Assembly: GCA_002269645.1 (NCBI GenBank)
Contig: NIVC01000010.1
Location: 2,170,001 to 2,234,000, forward strand
Length of the DNA: 64,000 nucleotides
Reading direction: 5' to 3'
Origin: Macrostomum lignano
Taxonomy: Eukaryota
Shown here: positions 43,510-57,874 of the stretch, one piece after another
Numbering within the stretch: the first letter of the stretch is position 1
Layout of the letters: each line of letters starts with the position of its first letter
Translations under genes and position numbers: made by a program
Notes under the pieces: model-generated
What the model was told of the DNA's origin: nothing
Databases searched by the model: none
The model's input: the letters and a program-made list of their open reading frames with translations, nothing else

Positions 43510-46500
43510 TCTGGCATCCAGCATTACGCTCGTAGACTATTAGCTGCTCTTCTGAGTTCGAAGCTGACAGGTCCGTTGCAGTCGGCATCGGTTGAGTCGA
43601 CTGCCAATTTAGTCAATGGGTTTCGTTTCTTCTTTTCACTGAAACCTGTGGTGGGATTAGCAAAAGATCGATTTCGCATATCTATTTAGTGATTTCAAGG
43701 ACGACAAAATCATTCTTCTCTGCATGTCAGATCCAGAAGATGCTAGTTTGCTTGCAGCTTTCTGTAGGAGCATTCTACTTTAGTAAAGTGTACCCATTCT
43801 AAAATAAGCTGTTTTTTATATGTCCCAACAAGTCTCTGTGCAGTGTGTCATCCGTTTGCCCATCAATTTGTTCTGGAGCCCTTTATTAATTGAGTTCTTT
43901 AGGTGACTTAACAAATGCGGAAAAAACTAGACACACACACAGTGGCCCAACACTTCGTGTCCCAATAAATGCTAGGAAAAATGCACTGCAGTGTTTAAGC
44001 ATCTCTTCTGAGGGGCCCTTGCATGCATAGCTATAGAAGCTGCTAAGACCCGATCTGAGAGTTAAAAGTACAAAAAGTTATAACGCTTCTAGACACGAAA
44101 ACGAATGCAGCCACAGCATGAACTAACCTTTCATTGAAGCTTCTGCTTAAGACTTTGATGCTGTGAAGCATTCTGGCATCTAGCATTACTCTCGTAGACT
44201 ATTAGCTGCTCTCCTGAGTTCGAAGCTGACAGGTCCGTTGCAGCGGCATCGGTTGAGTCGACTGCCAATTTAGTCAATGGGTTTCGTTTCTTCTTTTCAC
44301 TGGAACCTGTGGTGGGATTAGCAAAAGATCGATTTCGCATATCTATTTAGTGATTTCAAGGACGACAAAATCATTCTTCTCTGCATGTCTGCTCCAGAAG
44401 ATGCTAGTTTGCTTGCAGCTTTCTGTAGGAGCATTCTACTTTAGTAAAGTGTACCCATTGTAAAATAAGCTGTTTTTTATATGTCCCAACAAGTCTCTGT
44501 GCAGTGTGTCATCTGTTTGCCCAACAATTTGTTCTGGAGCCCTTTATTAATTGAGTTCTTTAGGTGACTTAACAAATGCGGAAAAAACTAGACACACACA
44601 CAGTGGCCCAACACTTCGTGTCCCAATAAATGCTAGGAAAAATGCACTGCAGTGTTTAAAGCATCTCTTCTGAGGGGCCCTTGCATGCATAGCTATAGAA
44701 GCTGCTAAGACCCGATCTGAGAGTTAAAAGTACAAAAAGTTATAACGCTTCTAGACACGAAAACGAATGCAGCCACAGCATGAACTAACCTTTCATTGAA
44801 GCTTCTGCTTAAGACTTTGATGCTGTGAAGCATTCTGGCATCTAGCATTACTCTCGTAGACTATTAGCTGCTCTCCTGAGTTCGAAGCTGACAGGTCCGT
44901 TGCAGCGGCATCGGTTGAGTCGACTGCCAATTTAGTCAATGGGTTTCGTTTCTTCTTTTCACTGGAACCTGTGGTGGGATTAGCAAAAGATCGATTTCGC
45001 ATATCTATTTAGTGATTTCAAGGACGACAAAATCATTCTTCTCTGCATGTCTGCTCCAGAAGATGCTAGTTTGCTTGCAGCTTTCTGTAGGAGCATTCTA
45101 CTTTAGTAAAGTGTACCCATTGTAAAATAAGCTGTTTCTAATATGTCCCAACAAGTCTCTGTGCAGTGTGTCATCTGTTTGCCCAACAATTTGTTCTGGA
45201 GCCCTTTATTAATTGAGTTCTTTAGGTGACTTAACAAATGCGGAAAAAACTAGACACACACACAGTGGCCCAACACTTCGTGTCCCAATAAATGCTAGGA
45301 AAAATGCACGGCAGTGTTTAAAGCATCTCTTCTGAGGGGCCCTTGCATGCATAGCTATAGAAGCTGCTAAGACCCGATCTGAGAGTTAAAAGTACAAAAA
45401 GTTATAACGCTTCTAGACACGAAAACGAATGCAGCCACAGCATGAACTAACCTTTCATTGAAGCTTCTGCTTAAGACTTTGATGCTGTGAAGCATTCTGG
45501 CATCTAGCATTACTCTCGTAGACTATTAGCTGCTCTCCTGAGTTCGAAGCTGACAGGTCCGTTGCAGTCGGCATAGATTGAGTCGACTGCCAATTTAGTC
45601 AATGGGTTTCGTTTCTTCTTTTCACTGGAACCTGTGGTGGGATTAGCAAAAGATCGATTTCGCATATCTGTTTAGTGATTTCAAGGACGACAAAATCATT
45701 CTTCTCTGCATGTCTGCTCCAGAAGATGCTAGTTTGCTTGCAGCTTTCTGTAGGAGCATTCTACTTTAGTAAAGTGTACCCATTCTAAAATAAGCTGTTT
45801 TTATATGTCCCAACAAGTCTCTGTGCAGTGTGTCATCCGTTTGCCCATCAATTTGTTCTGGAGCCCTTTATTAATTGAGTTCTTTAGGTGACTTAACAAA
45901 TGCGGAAAAAACTAGACACACACACAGTGGCCCAACACTTCGTGTCCCAATAAATGCTAGGAAAAATGCACTGCAGTGTTTAAGCATCTCTTCTGAGGGG
46001 CCCTTGCATGCATAGCTATAGAAGCTGCTAAGACCCGATCTGAGAGTTAAAAGTACAAAAAGTTATAACGCTTCTAGACACGAAAACGAATGCAGCCACA
46101 GCATGAACTAACCTTTCATTGAAGCTTCTGCTTAAGACTTTGATGCTGTGAAGCATTCTGGCATCTAGCATTACTCTCGTAGACTATTAGCTGCTCTCCT
46201 GAGTTCGAAGCTGACAGGTCCGTTGCAGTCGGCATAGATTGAGTCGACTGCCAATTTAGTCAATGGGTTTCGTTTCTTCTTTTCACTGGAACCTGTGGTG
46301 GGATTAGCAAAAGATCGATTTCGCATATCTGTTTAGTGATTTCAAGGACGACAAAATCATTCTTCTCTGCATGTCAGATCCAGAAGATGCTAGTTTGCTT
46401 GCAGCTTTCTGTAGGAGCATTCTACTTTAGTAAAGTGTACCCATTCTAAAATAAGCTGTTTTTAATATGTCCCAACAAGTCTCTGTGCAGTGTGTCATCC

Positions 46501-49500
46501 GTTTGCCCATCAATTTGTTCTGGAGCCCTTTATTAATTGAGTTCTTTAGGTGACTTAACAAATGCGGAAAAAACTAGACACACACACAGTGGCCCAACAC
46601 TTCGTGTCCCAATAATTGCTAGGAAAAATGCACTGCAGTGTTTAAGCATCTCCTCTGAGGGGCCCTTGCATGCATAGCTATAGAAGCTGCTAAGACCCGA
46701 TCTGAGAGTTAAAAGTACAAAAAGTTATAACGCTTCTAGACACGAAAACGAATGCAGCCACAGCATGAACTAACCTTTCATTGAAGCTTCTGCTTAAGAC
46801 TTTGATGCTGTGAAGCATTCTGGCATCTAGCATTACTCTCGTAGACTATTAGCTGCTCTCCTGAGTTCGAAGCTGACAGGTCCGTTGCAGTCGGCATCGA
46901 TTGAGTCGACTGCCAATTTAGTCAATGGGTTTCGTTTCTTCTTTTCACTGGAACCTGTGGTGGGATTAGCAAAAGATCGATTTCGCATATCTATTTAGTG
47001 ATTTCAAGGACGACAAAATCATTCTTCTCTGCATGTCAGCTCCAGAAGATGCTAGTTTGCTTGCAGCTTTCTGTAGGAGCATTCTACTTTAGTAAAGTGT
47101 ACCCATTCTAAAATAAGCTGTTTTTATATGTCCCAACAAGTCTCTGTGCAGTGTGTCATCCGTTTGCCCATCAATTTGTTCTGGAGCCCTTTATTAATTG
47201 AGTTCTTTAGGTGACTTAACAAATGCGGAAAAAACTAGACACACACACAGTGGCCCAACACTTCGTGTCCCAATAATTGCTAGGAAAAATGCACTGCAGT
47301 GTTTAAGCATCTCTTCTGAGGGGCCCTTGCATGCATAGCTATAGAAGCTGCTAAGACCCGATCTGAGAGTTAAAAGTACAAAAAGTTATAACGCTTCTAG
47401 ACACGAAAACGAATGCAGCCACAGCATGAACTAACCTTTCATTGAAGCTTCTGCTTAAGACTTTGATGCTGTGAAGCATTCTGGCATCTAGCATTACTCT
47501 CGTAGACTATTAGCTGCTCTCCTGAGTTCGAAGCTGACAGGTCCGTTGCAGTCGGCATCGATTGAGTCGACTGCCAATTTAGTCAATGGGTTTCGTTTCT
47601 TCTTTTCACTGGAACCTGTGGTGGGATTAGCAAAAGATCGATTTCGCATATCTATTTAGTGATTTCAAGGACGACAAAATCATTCTTCTCTGCATGTCAG
47701 CTCCAGAAGATGCTAGTTTGCTTGCAGCTTTCTGTAGGAGCATTCTACTTTAGTAAAGTGTACCCATTCTAAAATAAGCTGTTTTTATATGTCCCAACAA
47801 GTCTCTGTGCAGTGTGTCATCCGTTTGCCCATCAATTTGTTCTGGAGCCCTTTATTAATTGAGTTCTTTAGGTGACTTAACAAATGCGGAAAAAACTAGA
47901 CACACACACAGTGGCCCAACACTTCGTGTCCCAATAATTGCTAGGAAAAATGCACTGCAGTGTTTAAGCATCTCTTCTGAGGGGCCCTTGCATGCATAGC
48001 TATAGAAGCTGCTAAGACCCGATCTGAGAGTTAAAAGTACAAAAAGTTATAACGCTTCTAGACACGAAAACGAATGCAGCCACAGCATGAACTAACCTTT
48101 CATTGAAGCTTCTGCTTAAGACTTTGATGCTGTGAAGCATTCTGGCATCTAGCATTACTCTCGTAGACTATTAGCTGCTCTCCTGAGTTCGAAGCTGACA
48201 GGTCCGTTGCAGTCGGCATCGATTGAGTCGACTGCCAATTTAGTCAATGGGTTTCGTTTCTTCTTTTCACTGGAACCTGTGGTGGGATTAGCAAAAGATC
48301 GATTTCGCATATCTATTTAGTGATTTCAAGGACGACAAAATCATTCTTCTCTGCATGTCAGCTCCAGAAGATGCTAGTTTGCTTGCAGCTTTCTGTAGGA
48401 GCATTCTACTTTAGTAAAGTGTACCCATTCTAAAATAAGCTGTTTTTATATGTCCCAACAAGTCTCTGTGCAGTGTGTCATCCGTTTGCCCATCAATTTG
48501 TTCTGGAGCCCTTTATTAATTGAGTTCTTTAGGTGACTTAACAAATGCGGAAAAAACTAGACACACACACAGTGGCCCAACACTTCGTGTCCCAATAATT
48601 GCTAGGAAAAATGCACTGCAGTGTTTAAGCATCTCTCTGAGGGGCCCTTGCATGCATAGCTATAGAAGCTGCTAAGACCCGATCTGAGAGTTAAAAGTAC
48701 AAAAAGTTATAACGCTTCTAGACACGAAAACGAATGCAGCCACAGCATGAACTAACCTTTCATTGAAGCTTCTGCTTAAGACTTTGATGCTGTGAAGCAT
48801 TCTGGCATCTAGCATTACTCTCGTAGACTATTAGCTGCTCTCCTGAGTTCGAAGCTGACAGGTCCGTTGCAGTCGGCATCGATTGAGTCGACTGCCAATT
48901 TAGTCAATGGGTTTCGTTTCTTCTTTTCACTGGAACCTGTGGTGGGATTAGCAAAAGATCGATTTCGCATATCTGTTTAGTGATTTCAAGGACGACAAAA
49001 TCATTCTTCTCTGCATGTCAGCTCCAGAAGATGCTAGTTTGCTTGCAGCTTTCTGTAGGAGCATTCTACTTTAGTAAAGTGTACCCATTCTAAAATAAGC
49101 TGTTTTTAATATGTCCCAACAAGTCTCTGTGCAGTGTGTCATCCGTTTGCCCATCAATTTGTTCTGGAGCCCTTTATTAATTGAGTTCTTTAGGTGACTT
49201 AACAAATGCGGAAAAAACTAGACACACACACAGTGGCCCAACACTTCGTGTCCCAATAATTGCTAGGAAAAATGCACTGCAGTGTTTAAGCATCTCCTCT
49301 GAGGGGCCCTTGCATGCATAGCTATAGAAGCTGCTAAGACCCGATCTGAGAGTTAAAAGTACAAAAAGTTATAACGCTTCTAGACACGAAAACGAATGCA
49401 GCCACAGCATGAACTAACCTTTCATTGAAGCTTCTGCTTAAGACTTTGATGCTGTGAAGCATTCTGGCATCTAGCATTACTCTCGTAGACTATTAGCTGC

Positions 49501-52500
49501 TCTCCTGAGTTCGAAGCTGACAGGTCCGTTGCAGTCGGCATCGATTGAGTCGACTGCCAATTTAGTCAATGGGTTTCGTTTCTTCTTTTCACTGGAACCT
49601 GTGGTGGGATTAGCAAAAGATCGATTTCGCATATCTATTTAGTGATTTCAAGGACGACAAAATCATTCTTCTCTGCATGTCAGCTCCAGAAGATGCTAGT
49701 TTGCTTGCAGCTTTCTGTAGGAGCATTCTACTTTAGTAAAGTGTACCCATTCTAAAATAAGCTGTTTTTATATGTCCCAACAAGTCTCTGTGCAGTGTGT
49801 CATCCGTTTGCCCATCAATTTGTTCTGGAGCCCTTTATTAATTGAGTTCTTTAGGTGACTTAACAAATGCGGAAAAAACTAGACACACACACAGTGGCCC
49901 AACACTTCGTGTCCCAATAATTGCTAGGAAAAATGCACTGCAGTGTTTAAGCATCTCCTCTGAGGGGCCCTTGCATGCATAGCTATAGAAGCTGCTAAGA
50001 CCCGATCTGAGAGTTAAAAGTACAAAAAGTTATAACGCTTCTAGACACGAAAACGAATGCAGCCACAGCATGAACTAACCTTTCATTGAAGCTTCTGCTT
50101 AAGACTTTGATGCTGTGAAGCATTCTGGCATCTAGCATTACTCTCGTAGACTATTAGCTGCTCTCCTGAGTTCGAAGCTGACAGGTCCGTTGCAGTCGGC
50201 ATCGATTGAGTCGACTGCCAATTTAGTCAATGGGTTTCGTTTCTTCTTTTCACTGGAACCTGTGGTGGGATTAGCAAAAGATCGATTTCGCATATCTATT
50301 TAGTGATTTCAAGGACGACAAAATCATTCTTCTCTGCATGTCAGCTCCAGAAGATGCTAGTTTGCTTGCAGCTTTCTGTAGGAGCATTCTACTTTAGTAA
50401 AGTGTACCCATTCTAAAATAAGCTGTTTTTATATGTCCCAACAAGTCTCTGTGCAGTGTGTCATCCGTTTGCCCATCAATTTGTTCTGGAGCCCTTTATT
50501 AATTGAGTTCTTTAGGTGACTTAACAAATGCGGAAAAAACTAGACACACACACAGTGGCCCAACACTTCGTGTCCCAATAATTGCTAGGAAAAATGCACT
50601 GCAGTGTTTAAGCATCTCTCTGAGGGGCCCTTGCATGCATAGCTATAGAAGCTGCTAAGACCCGATCTGAGAGTTAAAAGTACAAAAAGTTATAACGCTT
50701 CTAGACACGAAAACGAATGCAGCCACAGCATGAACTAACCTTTCATTGAAGCTTCTGCTTAAGACTTTGATGCTGTGAAGCATTCTGGCATCTAGCATTA
50801 CTCTCGTAGACTATTAGCTGCTCTCCTGAGTTCGAAGCTGACAGGTCCGTTGCAGTCGGCATCGATTGAGTCGACTGCCAATTTAGTCAATGGGTTTCGT
50901 TTCTTCTTTTCACTGGAACCTGTGGTGGGATTAGCAAAAGATCGATTTCGCATATCTGTTTAGTGATTTCAAGGACGACAAAATCATTCTTCTCTGCATG
51001 TCAGCTCCAGAAGATGCTAGTTTGCTTGCAGCTTTCTGTAGGAGCATTCTACTTTAGTAAAGTGTACCCATTCTAAAATAAGCTGTTTTTAATATGTCCC
51101 AACAAGTCTCTGTGCAGTGTGTCATCCGTTTGCCCATCAATTTGTTCTGGAGCCCTTTATTAATTGAGTTCTTTAGGTGACTTAACAAATGCGGAAAAAA
51201 CTAGACACACACACAGTGGCCCAACACTTCGTGTCCCAATAATTGCTAGGAAAAATGCACTGCAGTGTTTAAGCATCTCCTCTGAGGGGCCCTTGCATGC
51301 ATAGCTATAGAAGCTGCTAAGACCCGATCTGAGAGTTAAAAGTACAAAAAGTTATAACGCTTCTAGACACGAAAACGAATGCAGCCACAGCATGAACTAA
51401 CCTTTCATTGAAGCTTCTGCTTAAGACTTTGATGCTGTGAAGCATTCTGGCATCTAGCATTACTCTCGTAGACTATTAGCTGCTCTCTGAGTTCGAAGCT
51501 GACAGGTCCGTTGCAGTCGGCATCGATTGAGTCGACTGCCAATTTAGTCAATGGGTTTCGTTTCTTCTTTTCACTGGAACCTGTGGTGGGATTAGCAAAA
51601 GATCGATTTCGCATATCTATTTAGTGATTTCAAGGACGACAAAATCATTCTTCTCTGCATGTCTGCTCCAGAAGATGCTAGTTTGCTTGCAGCTTTCTGT
51701 AGGAGCATTCTACTTTAGTAAAGTGTACCCATTCTAAAATAAGCTGTTTTTATATGTCCCAACAAGTCTCTGTGCAGTGTGTCATCCGTTTGCCCATCAA
51801 TTTGTTCTGGAGCCCTTTATTAATTGAGTTCTTTAGGTGACTTAACAAATGCGGAAAAAACTAGACACACACACAGTGGCCCAACACTTCGTGTCCCAAT
51901 AATTGCTAGGAAAAATGCACTGCAGTGTTTAAGCATCTCTTCTGAGGGGCCCTTGCATGCATAGCTATAGAAGCTGCTAAGACCCGATCTGAGAGTTAAA
52001 AGTACAAAAAGTTATAACGCTTCTAGACACGAAAACGAATGCAGCCACAGCATGAACTAACCTTTCATTGAAGCTTCTGCTTAAGACTTTGATGCTGTGA
52101 AGCATTCTGGCATCTAGCATTACTCTCGTAGACTATTAGCTGCTCTCCTGAGTTCGAAGCTGACAGGTCCGTTGCAGTCGGCATAGATTGAGTCGACTGC
52201 CAATTTAGTCAATGGGTTTCGTTTCTTCTTTTCACTGGAACCTGTGGTGGGATTAGCAAAAGATCGATTTCGCATATCTATTTAGTGATTTCAAGGACGA
52301 CAAAATCATTCTTCTCTGCATGTCTGCTCCAGAAGATGCTAGTTTGCTTGCAGCTTTCTGTAGGAGCATTCTACTTTAGTAAAGTGTACCCATTGTAAAA
52401 TAAGCTGATTTTTATATGTCCCAACAAGTCTCTGTGCAGTGTGTCATCCGTTTGCCCATCAATTTGTTCTGGAGCCCTTTATTAATTGAGTTCTTTAGGT

Positions 52501-54655
52501 GACTTAACAAATGCGGAAAAAACTAGACACACACACAGTGGCCCAACACTTCGTGTCCAATAAATGCTAGGAAAAATGCACGCAGTGTTTAAAGCATCTC
52601 TTCTGAGGGGCCCTTGCATGCATAGCTATAGAAGCTGCTAAGACCCGATCTGAGAGTTAAAAGTACAAAAAGTTATAACGCTTCTAGACACGAAAACGAA
52701 TGCAGCCACAGCATGAACTAACCTTTCATTGAAGCTTCTGCTTAAGACTTTGATGCTGTGAAGCATTCTGGCATCTAGCATTACTCTCGTAGACTATTAG
52801 CTGCTCTCCTGAGTTCGAAGCTGACAGGTCCGTTGCAGTCGGCATCGGTTGAGTCGACTGCCAATTTAGTCAATGGGTTTCGTTTCTTCTTTTCACTGGA
52901 ACCTGTGGTGGGATTAGCAAAAGATCGATTTCGCATATCTATTTAGTGATTTCAAGGACGACAAAATCATTCTTCTCTGCATGTCTGCTCCAGAAGATGC
53001 TAGTTTGCTTGCAGCTTTCTGTAGGAGCATTCTACTTTAGTAAAGTGTACCCATTCTAAAATAAGCTGTTTTTAATATGTCCCAACAAGTCTCTGTGCAG
53101 TGTGTCATCCGTTTGCCCATCAATTTGTTCTGGAGCCCTTTATTAATTGAGTTCTTTAGGTGACTTAACAAATGCGGAAAAAACTAGACACACACACAGT
53201 GGCCCAACACTTCGTGTCCCAATAAATGCTAGGAAAAATGCACTGCAGTGTTTAAAGCATCTCTTCTGAGGGGCCCTTGCATGCATAGCTATAGAAGCTG
53301 CTAAGACCCGATCTGAGAGTTAAAAGTACAAAAAGTTATAACGCTTCTAGACACGAAAACGAATGCAGCCACAGCATGAACTAACCTTTCATTGAAGCTT
53401 CTGCTTAAGACTTTGATGCTGTGAAGCATTCTGGCATCTAGCATTACTCTCGTAGACTATTAGCTGCTCTCCTGAGTTCGAAGCTGACAGGTCCGTTGCA
53501 GTCGGCATCGGTTGAGTCGACTGCCAATTTAGTCAATGGGTTTCGTTTCTTCTTTTCACTGAAACCTGTGGTGGGATTAGCAAAAGATCGATTTCGCATA
53601 TCTATTTAGTGATTTCAAGGACGACAAAATCATTCTTCTCTGCATGTCTGCTCCAGAAGATGCTAGTTTGCTTGCAGCTTTCTGTAGGAGCATTCTACTT
53701 TAGTAAAGTGTACCCATTCTAAAATAAGCTGTTTTTTATATGTCCCAACAAGTCTCTGTGCAGTGTGTCATCCGTTTGCCCATCAATTTGTTCTGGAGCC
53801 CTTTATTAATTGAGTTCTTTAGGTGACTTAACAAATGCGGAAAAAACTAGACACACACACAGTGGCCCAACACTTCGTGTCCCAATAAATGCTAGGAAAA
53901 ATGCACGGCAGTGTTTAAAGCATCTCTTCTGAGGGGCCCTTGCATGCATAGCTATAGAAGCTGCTAAGACCCGATCTGAGAGTTAAAAGTACAAAAAGTT
54001 ATAACGCTTCTAGACACGAAAACGAATGCAGCCACAGCATGAACTAACCTTTCATTGAAGCTTCTGCTTAAGACTTTGATGCTGTGAAGCATTCTGGCAT
54101 CTAGCATTACTCTCGTAGACTATTAGCTGCTCTTCTGAGTTCGAAGCTGACAGGTCCGTTGCAGTCGGCATCGGTTGAGTCGACTGCCAATTTAGTCAAT
54201 GGGTTTCGTTTCTTCTTTTCACTGGAACCTGTGGTGGGATTAGCAAAAGATCGATTTCGCATATCTGTTTAGTGATTTCAAGGACGACAAAATCATTCTT
54301 CTCTGCATGTCAGATCCAGAAGATGCTAGTTTGCTTGCAGCTTTTTGTAGGAGCATTCTACTTTAGTAAAGTGTACCCATTCTAAAATAAGCTGTTTTTT
54401 ATATGTCCCAACAAGTCTCTGTGCAGTGTGTCATCCGTTTGCCCAACAATTTGTTCTGGAGCCCTTTATTAATTGAGTTCTTTAGGTGACTTAACAAATG
54501 CGGAAAAAACTAGACACACACACAGTGGCCCAACACTTCGTGTCCCAATAAATGCTAGGAAAAATGCACTGCAGTGTTTAAAGCATGTCTTCTGAGGGGC
54601 CCTTGCATGCATAGCTATAGAAGCTGCTAAGACCCGATCTGAGAGTTAAAAATAC
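43510..54655. repeat. 661-662-bp satellite, about 17 head-to-tail copies
   Basis: The marker GACCCGATCTGAGAG recurs 17 times at about 661-bp spacing (about 44048 to about 54632). Copies differ by only a few substitutions or indels. Confidence 0.97.
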
Positions 54656-55847
54656 AAAACTTATAATTTTTGTGGTTGGACACGTAGGCTATTGAATGTC
54701 AATGGATTCAGACGAAATATCAAGTTTTACTCAAAGCTTTTACAGCCTACCGGTTAAAGTCGACGGATCCTTTGGCAATTGCGCCACATGACAGTTGAGC
54801 AAAGATGATATCCCTGAAGTAGAGATAGAAATAAGCAGGAGCAGTATTTTTTATAGCATTTAAATATAAATGCTTCTTGTTTCCGACAATTTCTTTTAAT
54901 ACCACTTACATTTTTATCGCTGTGCCATTCCATGCTGTTCCTTTCCATACCATGGTGACTCGGGTGCCATGGCAGAGGCAGAGTTGACCATTGATTTCAG
55001 CATAGCGAGTACATGCCAATTTTGTTTACCGTACGTTTGCGGGGTGGCGTCAATAATAGACTAAAATAAATGTACACTTAACTAGCAAGGGGACTCTGGT
55101 AAATTGGAGCCATGTACACAGGGGGGTAGGGCTTAGTCCTAACATGTACGGGGTAAGTCCTAATAGGAGTGGGCAATTGTAAACGACACTGTAGCACACA
55201 GTCCCAACAATTTATAGAATATCGAATGCGCGCAGCAGTCAATAGCAAGTCCTAACAAGAGTAGGCTGTTGTATTCAACACTGCAACACTGTCCGAACAA
55301 TTTGGTTCGTGTAGAGTACTGATGCCCATCACAGTCAAGTACATGTAAGCCCTTGTCATTTCTTTAGGTTTATCTCCATCCAGAACCATCCTTTGACAAT
55401 AAAATACCCTTAAAAGTATTTTGCTATGTTTTGCTATGTATGTATTTTAATGTATGCTATGTATATAAGTCTTGAAACAAAGACTGCAGCAAATGAATGC
55501 GCTTGAAATCTACTATTAGTAAAAATATGAGAAAAAACCAATAAAAATATACGGGAGCAGATTAGCCATTTCAGTGTCCCAATAGTGATTTGGTCGAATT
55601 TTATATCATTTTTCATTATTGGGACGCCAGTTTTTGCTTAATTATGGACTCAGAAAGTAAAATTATTAAAAATGAGTTGCACCATCAAAAAGAGGCTGTC
55701 GAGCTGAATCCAAAGAGTATTTTTTTGAGCTGCTATTGTAAGTTTTTTGGAAGTGTTGGACGGACTTGATGGGACAGTCCCAACATTTTTTTTGGCCCAA
55801 CAGCGCGGGTCCCGTTGTATGCGTATGGCCCAACAAATGCCCCGTGC

Positions 55848-56478
<631 letters not shown>

Positions 56479-57059
56479 GAAATTAAAAAGGATGAATGAC
56501 ATAAATAGACAAATTCAAAAACTGAGAACGAGCCTTGTTGAGCTGTTCGCAAATAATGCTGTCCATAAGTAGGTATACGTGAGAAGCTCCCAGCCTTAAG
56601 CTAGGACAAGCTAGATCTGGCCTAACCTACTGATTCGTAGAAAACTTTCATTGACAGCTTGGCGGGCGAATTGTATATACGACTGCTTATTGATCAGTGT
56701 TAATTTTAGTTTGCTGCTGTAGGCAATTTGCTTTACACCCCATCAGTTTAGACGACAACAAATCAGTAATTATTTACATAGTAATGCTGAACTATACATG
56801 CGGCATGTACATAAATGTAATTTGTATTCGTTCGACGCGCTACAAGAATAATTGAAATTCGGCGCGTGAAACTCGTGAAGAAAAATCGATAAAAAAGAGA
56901 TCTACAAATGACCTTATTTTCCGAAATGAGTAGACGAATGTAAATTTAAATATTTTGCAACGTTGCTCCATAATGAAAGGGCAGTTTCATTGGGCATTTT
57001 TGAAGTGCCATAGTCGTCATGTAAGTGTCTTTGCTGGAGTGCCTTTGCTTATGGAGTGC

Positions 57060-57600
57060 CATCATGGAGTGCCTATGCTCATGGGAGTGTCTTTGCTCAT
57101 GGGAGTGTCTTTGCTCATGGGAGTGTCTTTGCTCATGGGAGTGTCTTTGCTCATGGGAGTGTCTTTGCTCATGGGAGTGTCTTTGCTCAAGGGAGTGCCT
57201 TTGTTCATGGGAGTGCCTATGCTCATGGGAGTGTCTTTGCTCATGGGAGTGCCTATGCTCATGGGAGTGTCTTTGCTCATGGGAGTGTCTTTGCTCATGG
57301 GAGTTCCTTTACTCATGGGAGTGTCTTTGCTCATGGGAGTGCCTATGCTCATGGGAGTGTCTTTGCTCATGGGAGTGCCTATGCTCATGGGAGTGTCTTT
57401 GCTCATGGGAGTGCCTATGCTCATGGGAGTGTCTTTGCTCATGGGAGTGTCTTTGCTCATGGGAGTGTCTTTGCTCATGGGAGTGTCTTTGCTCATGGGA
57501 GTGTCTTTGCTCATGGGAGTGTCTTTGCTCATGGGAGTGTCTTTGCTCATGGGAGTGTCTTTGCTCATGGGAGTGTCTTTGCTCATGGGAGTGTCTTTGC
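57060..57600. repeat. 18-nt minisatellite
   Basis: Unit GGGAGTGTCTTTGCTCAT, about 30 copies. It is the source of the ORFs at 56955-57680. Confidence 0.95.
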
Positions 57601-57874
57601 CATTGTTAGTAGGGAGTAAGCTAGAATTAAAAAAATCAATGAAAGCATTTAGCGCAGTATATAATTTTTTTGCGTTTTAGCTTGCTCACTTTGGATGCTT
57701 CAATATATATTGTATTTCACTTAGCTTAAGTTCCTCATGTGTCCAGTTAAACATATTCAGTAATGTATTTATTAGTAAAACATTAATAATTCCTTTTTTA
57801 ACTTTGATGACAGGTCAGCTATATCCGGCAGTAACGCAGTGGATGCTTCAAAATATTTTTCCTGGCTCTCCGCA

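Noticed and set aside
43510-54655. Satellite as a 5S rRNA, SL RNA, U snRNA or histone repeat
   Set aside because: There is only a short CCCGATCT resemblance to 5S. No leader-ATG|GT plus Sm-site arrangement or histone ORF was found.
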